Below, piece by piece: positions 62,546 through 64,000 of a stretch of 64,000 nucleotides of DNA. This DNA is from Candidatus Latescibacterota bacterium (lineage in GTDB: Bacteria > Krumholzibacteriota > Krumholzibacteriia > WVZY01 > JAKEHA01), in assembly GCA_963707635.1 (NCBI GenBank), contig OY970173.1, positions 1,504,001 to 1,568,000 on the forward strand, written 5' to 3'. The notes below the pieces were generated by a model. It searched no databases. It saw nothing but the letters and a program-made list of their open reading frames with translations, and was not told the DNA's origin. Made by a program: the position numbers and the translations under genes. The stretch's first letter is position 1, and every line of letters starts with the position of its first letter.

Positions 62546-63648
62546 CGCGAGACCGCCGCGGCGTGGGAACGCGTGCCGCCGTTGATGACGAGCGGTGCCA
62601 GCGAGTCGGCCGCGGCCTCGCCGACCACGCGGTTGCCGGCGGGGGTCAGGTGCCCGTCGACCCGGTAGAACATGTCGGCCCCGCTCGAGCGGTACGCATC
62701 GACGAGCGGCGGCAGCATTTCGAACCACGGAAACCCCTGCTCGCGCGCCAGCGCCGAGAGCTCGCGGTCGATCGCGCCCGGATCGACGCCGGGAAACTGC
62801 ATCGCACGCGCCCCCGCGATCACGGCAAACTGCTGCGGAATCGACACCACCGCCAGGCGGATGCCGCGCGCGCTGCAAAACTCCGCCATCCGAATCAGCC
62901 ACCCGCGCGTGATCTCGATCTGGCGCCGAACGTGCTCGCTCGCCGGCGTCGTGTAGTATTCCCTGCGCGACGTCATCAGGAACATGCGTGCGTACGCGCG
63001 GTCGTTCTGCATCAGCATGCGCCGGGCCCACTCGACCGTGTGCAGCTGAAAGCGGCCGCCCGGGCGGTCGGCTGTGGCTGGCGGCGTCTCCGCAGGCGTA
63101 TTGGTATAAACGTCGTTGGCGAGGAAGCCCAGGACGACGACATCGGGGTGGATCTTCGGCACCAGTTCTTCGAGGTACAACGCCTCCGAGTGCGTGTCGT
63201 ATCCTTCCACACCCGCGTTGATGACGTTGACGTGAGGGCCGCTAACGCTGCGCGCAAGTAACCGGCCCATGACCGCGGTCCACGCGTCCGCTTCCGCATT
63301 CCCGTCGCCGAAGGTGAAGGAATCGCCGATCACGAGCACGCGCGTTGCGAGCGAGTCGTCTCCGGCCGGTGTGGAGTCGCGCCGGCCTTCATTATTGATC
63401 ACGTATTCGACGTCGAATTCAGGGGTCTGATGGCGGGCGCGCGCGCCGGGACGGTACCGGTGTCCGAGCACCGGGTCTTTGATGGCGCGCGATTCGCCGG
63501 AGAGGACCCGGGTTCGCGAGGTCTGGGGCGCAGCCACGCGCAGCGCGACCTCGACCAGTGCGAACAACCCGGCGGCCACGGCGGTGCTTACCGCCGCGTC
63601 GCGCGCGAGCCGCCGCAGCCGGCGGGGACCTGGCGTGCCGTCGTTCAT
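62542..63648 (-). CDS. SGNH/GDSL hydrolase family protein
   Basis: INNEGRRD, IGDSFTFG, NAGVEGY, AND, DGHLTPAGN. Confidence 0.85.
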   Translation of the reverse strand: MNDGTPGPRRLRRLARDAAVSTAVAAGLFALVEVALRVAAPQTSRTRVLSGESRAIKDPVLGHRYRPGARARHQTPEFDVEYVINNEGRRDSTPAGDDSLATRVLVIGDSFTFGDGNAEADAWTAVMGRLLARSVSGPHVNVINAGVEGYDTHSEALYLEELVPKIHPDVVVLGFLANDVYTNTPAETPPATADRPGGRFQLHTVEWARRMLMQNDRAYARMFLMTSRREYYTTPASEHVRRQIEITRGWLIRMAEFCSARGIRLAVVSIPQQFAVIAGARAMQFPGVDPGAIDRELSALAREQGFPWFEMLPPLVDAYRSSGADMFYRVDGHLTPAGNRVVGEAAADSLAPLVINGGTRSHAAAVSR

Positions 63649-63711
63649 GGGCGGAAAGGCTAGGGGCCGCGCGCGCCCGCGTCCACGGCTATTCCGCCCC
63701 CGGCCGCGCGA

Positions 63712-63741
63712 TTGACAGTGCGTCGCGGCGGGTGCTAGAAT
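63712..63741 (+). promoter_or_regulatory. sigma-70-type promoter of the EF-G paralog
   Basis: TTGACA, 18-nt spacer ending TGC, TAGAAT. Confidence 0.7.
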
Positions 63742-63817
63742 CCAAAATCCAACTCTAAGCGGGAATTGAGGTTGCACCGGTAGAGGTGCACCCGCGAATC
63801 CAACCAGGAGGCTCATC

Positions 63818-64000
63818 GTGAAGCAGTTCCCAGCGTCGCAGATTCGCAACGTCGCGATCATCGGGCACCAGGAGTCCGGCAAGACCGTGCTCGCCGAGTC
63901 GCTTCTGTTCACCGCGGGTTCGATTGGCCGCCGCGGACGGGTCGAGGACGGGAACACCACGATGGACTACGACAGCGAGGAAGTGACGCGCCAGATTTCC
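63818..64000 (+). CDS. fusA: elongation factor G-like protein (EF-G II type), 5' part only
   Basis: Own translation from the GTG after AGGAGG: MKQFPASQIRNVAIIGHQESGKTVLAESLLF...GRVEDGNTTMDYDSEEVTRQIS; runs off the window. Confidence 0.85.
   Translation, partial: MKQFPASQIRNVAIIGHQESGKTVLAESLLFTAGSIGRRGRVEDGNTTMDYDSEEVTRQIS

Noticed and set aside
62542..63960. 472-aa N-terminally extended SGNH ORF
   Set aside because: The extension is antisense to the EF-G paralog and its promoter; the likely start is 63648

Overview
This is a 64 kb, very GC-rich bacterial chromosomal segment, mostly housekeeping and cell-envelope genes. It probably comes from an FCB-affiliated candidate lineage such as Krumholzibacteriota, Latescibacterota or Eisenbacteria. 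That placement is an inference from PorV-like and FlgD/T9SS-like proteins, an exbB-exbD-exbD-tonB cluster and the 16S A1409-U1491 pair. Contents in order: an acyl-CoA dehydrogenase-etfBA operon; a histidine kinase and NtrC-type regulator followed by a sigma-54 promoter and three uncharacterised envelope genes; a large secreted protein; a UshA-like/tetraheme cytochrome c fusion lipoprotein; alr, deoB, PBP1A, tyrS, a STAS protein and hppA; a TonB cluster; a complete rRNA operon (16S, tRNA-Ile, tRNA-Ala, 23S, 5S); nadE, archease, acylphosphatase and pruA; many glycosylation and surface genes; and the start of an EF-G paralog. The clearest unusual element is a 629-nt group I intron at 23S position L1931 that encodes a single-motif LAGLIDADG homing endonuclease. 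Other candidates are an unexplained ~200-nt structured RNA with a triple repeat upstream of a FlgD-protein/PorV pair, a G12 tract in a methyltransferase (possible phase variation), two apparent +1 frameshifts, and recurrent leaderless-type promoters. No CRISPR array, transposase or prophage was seen. All calls come from reading motifs by eye; no searches were run.
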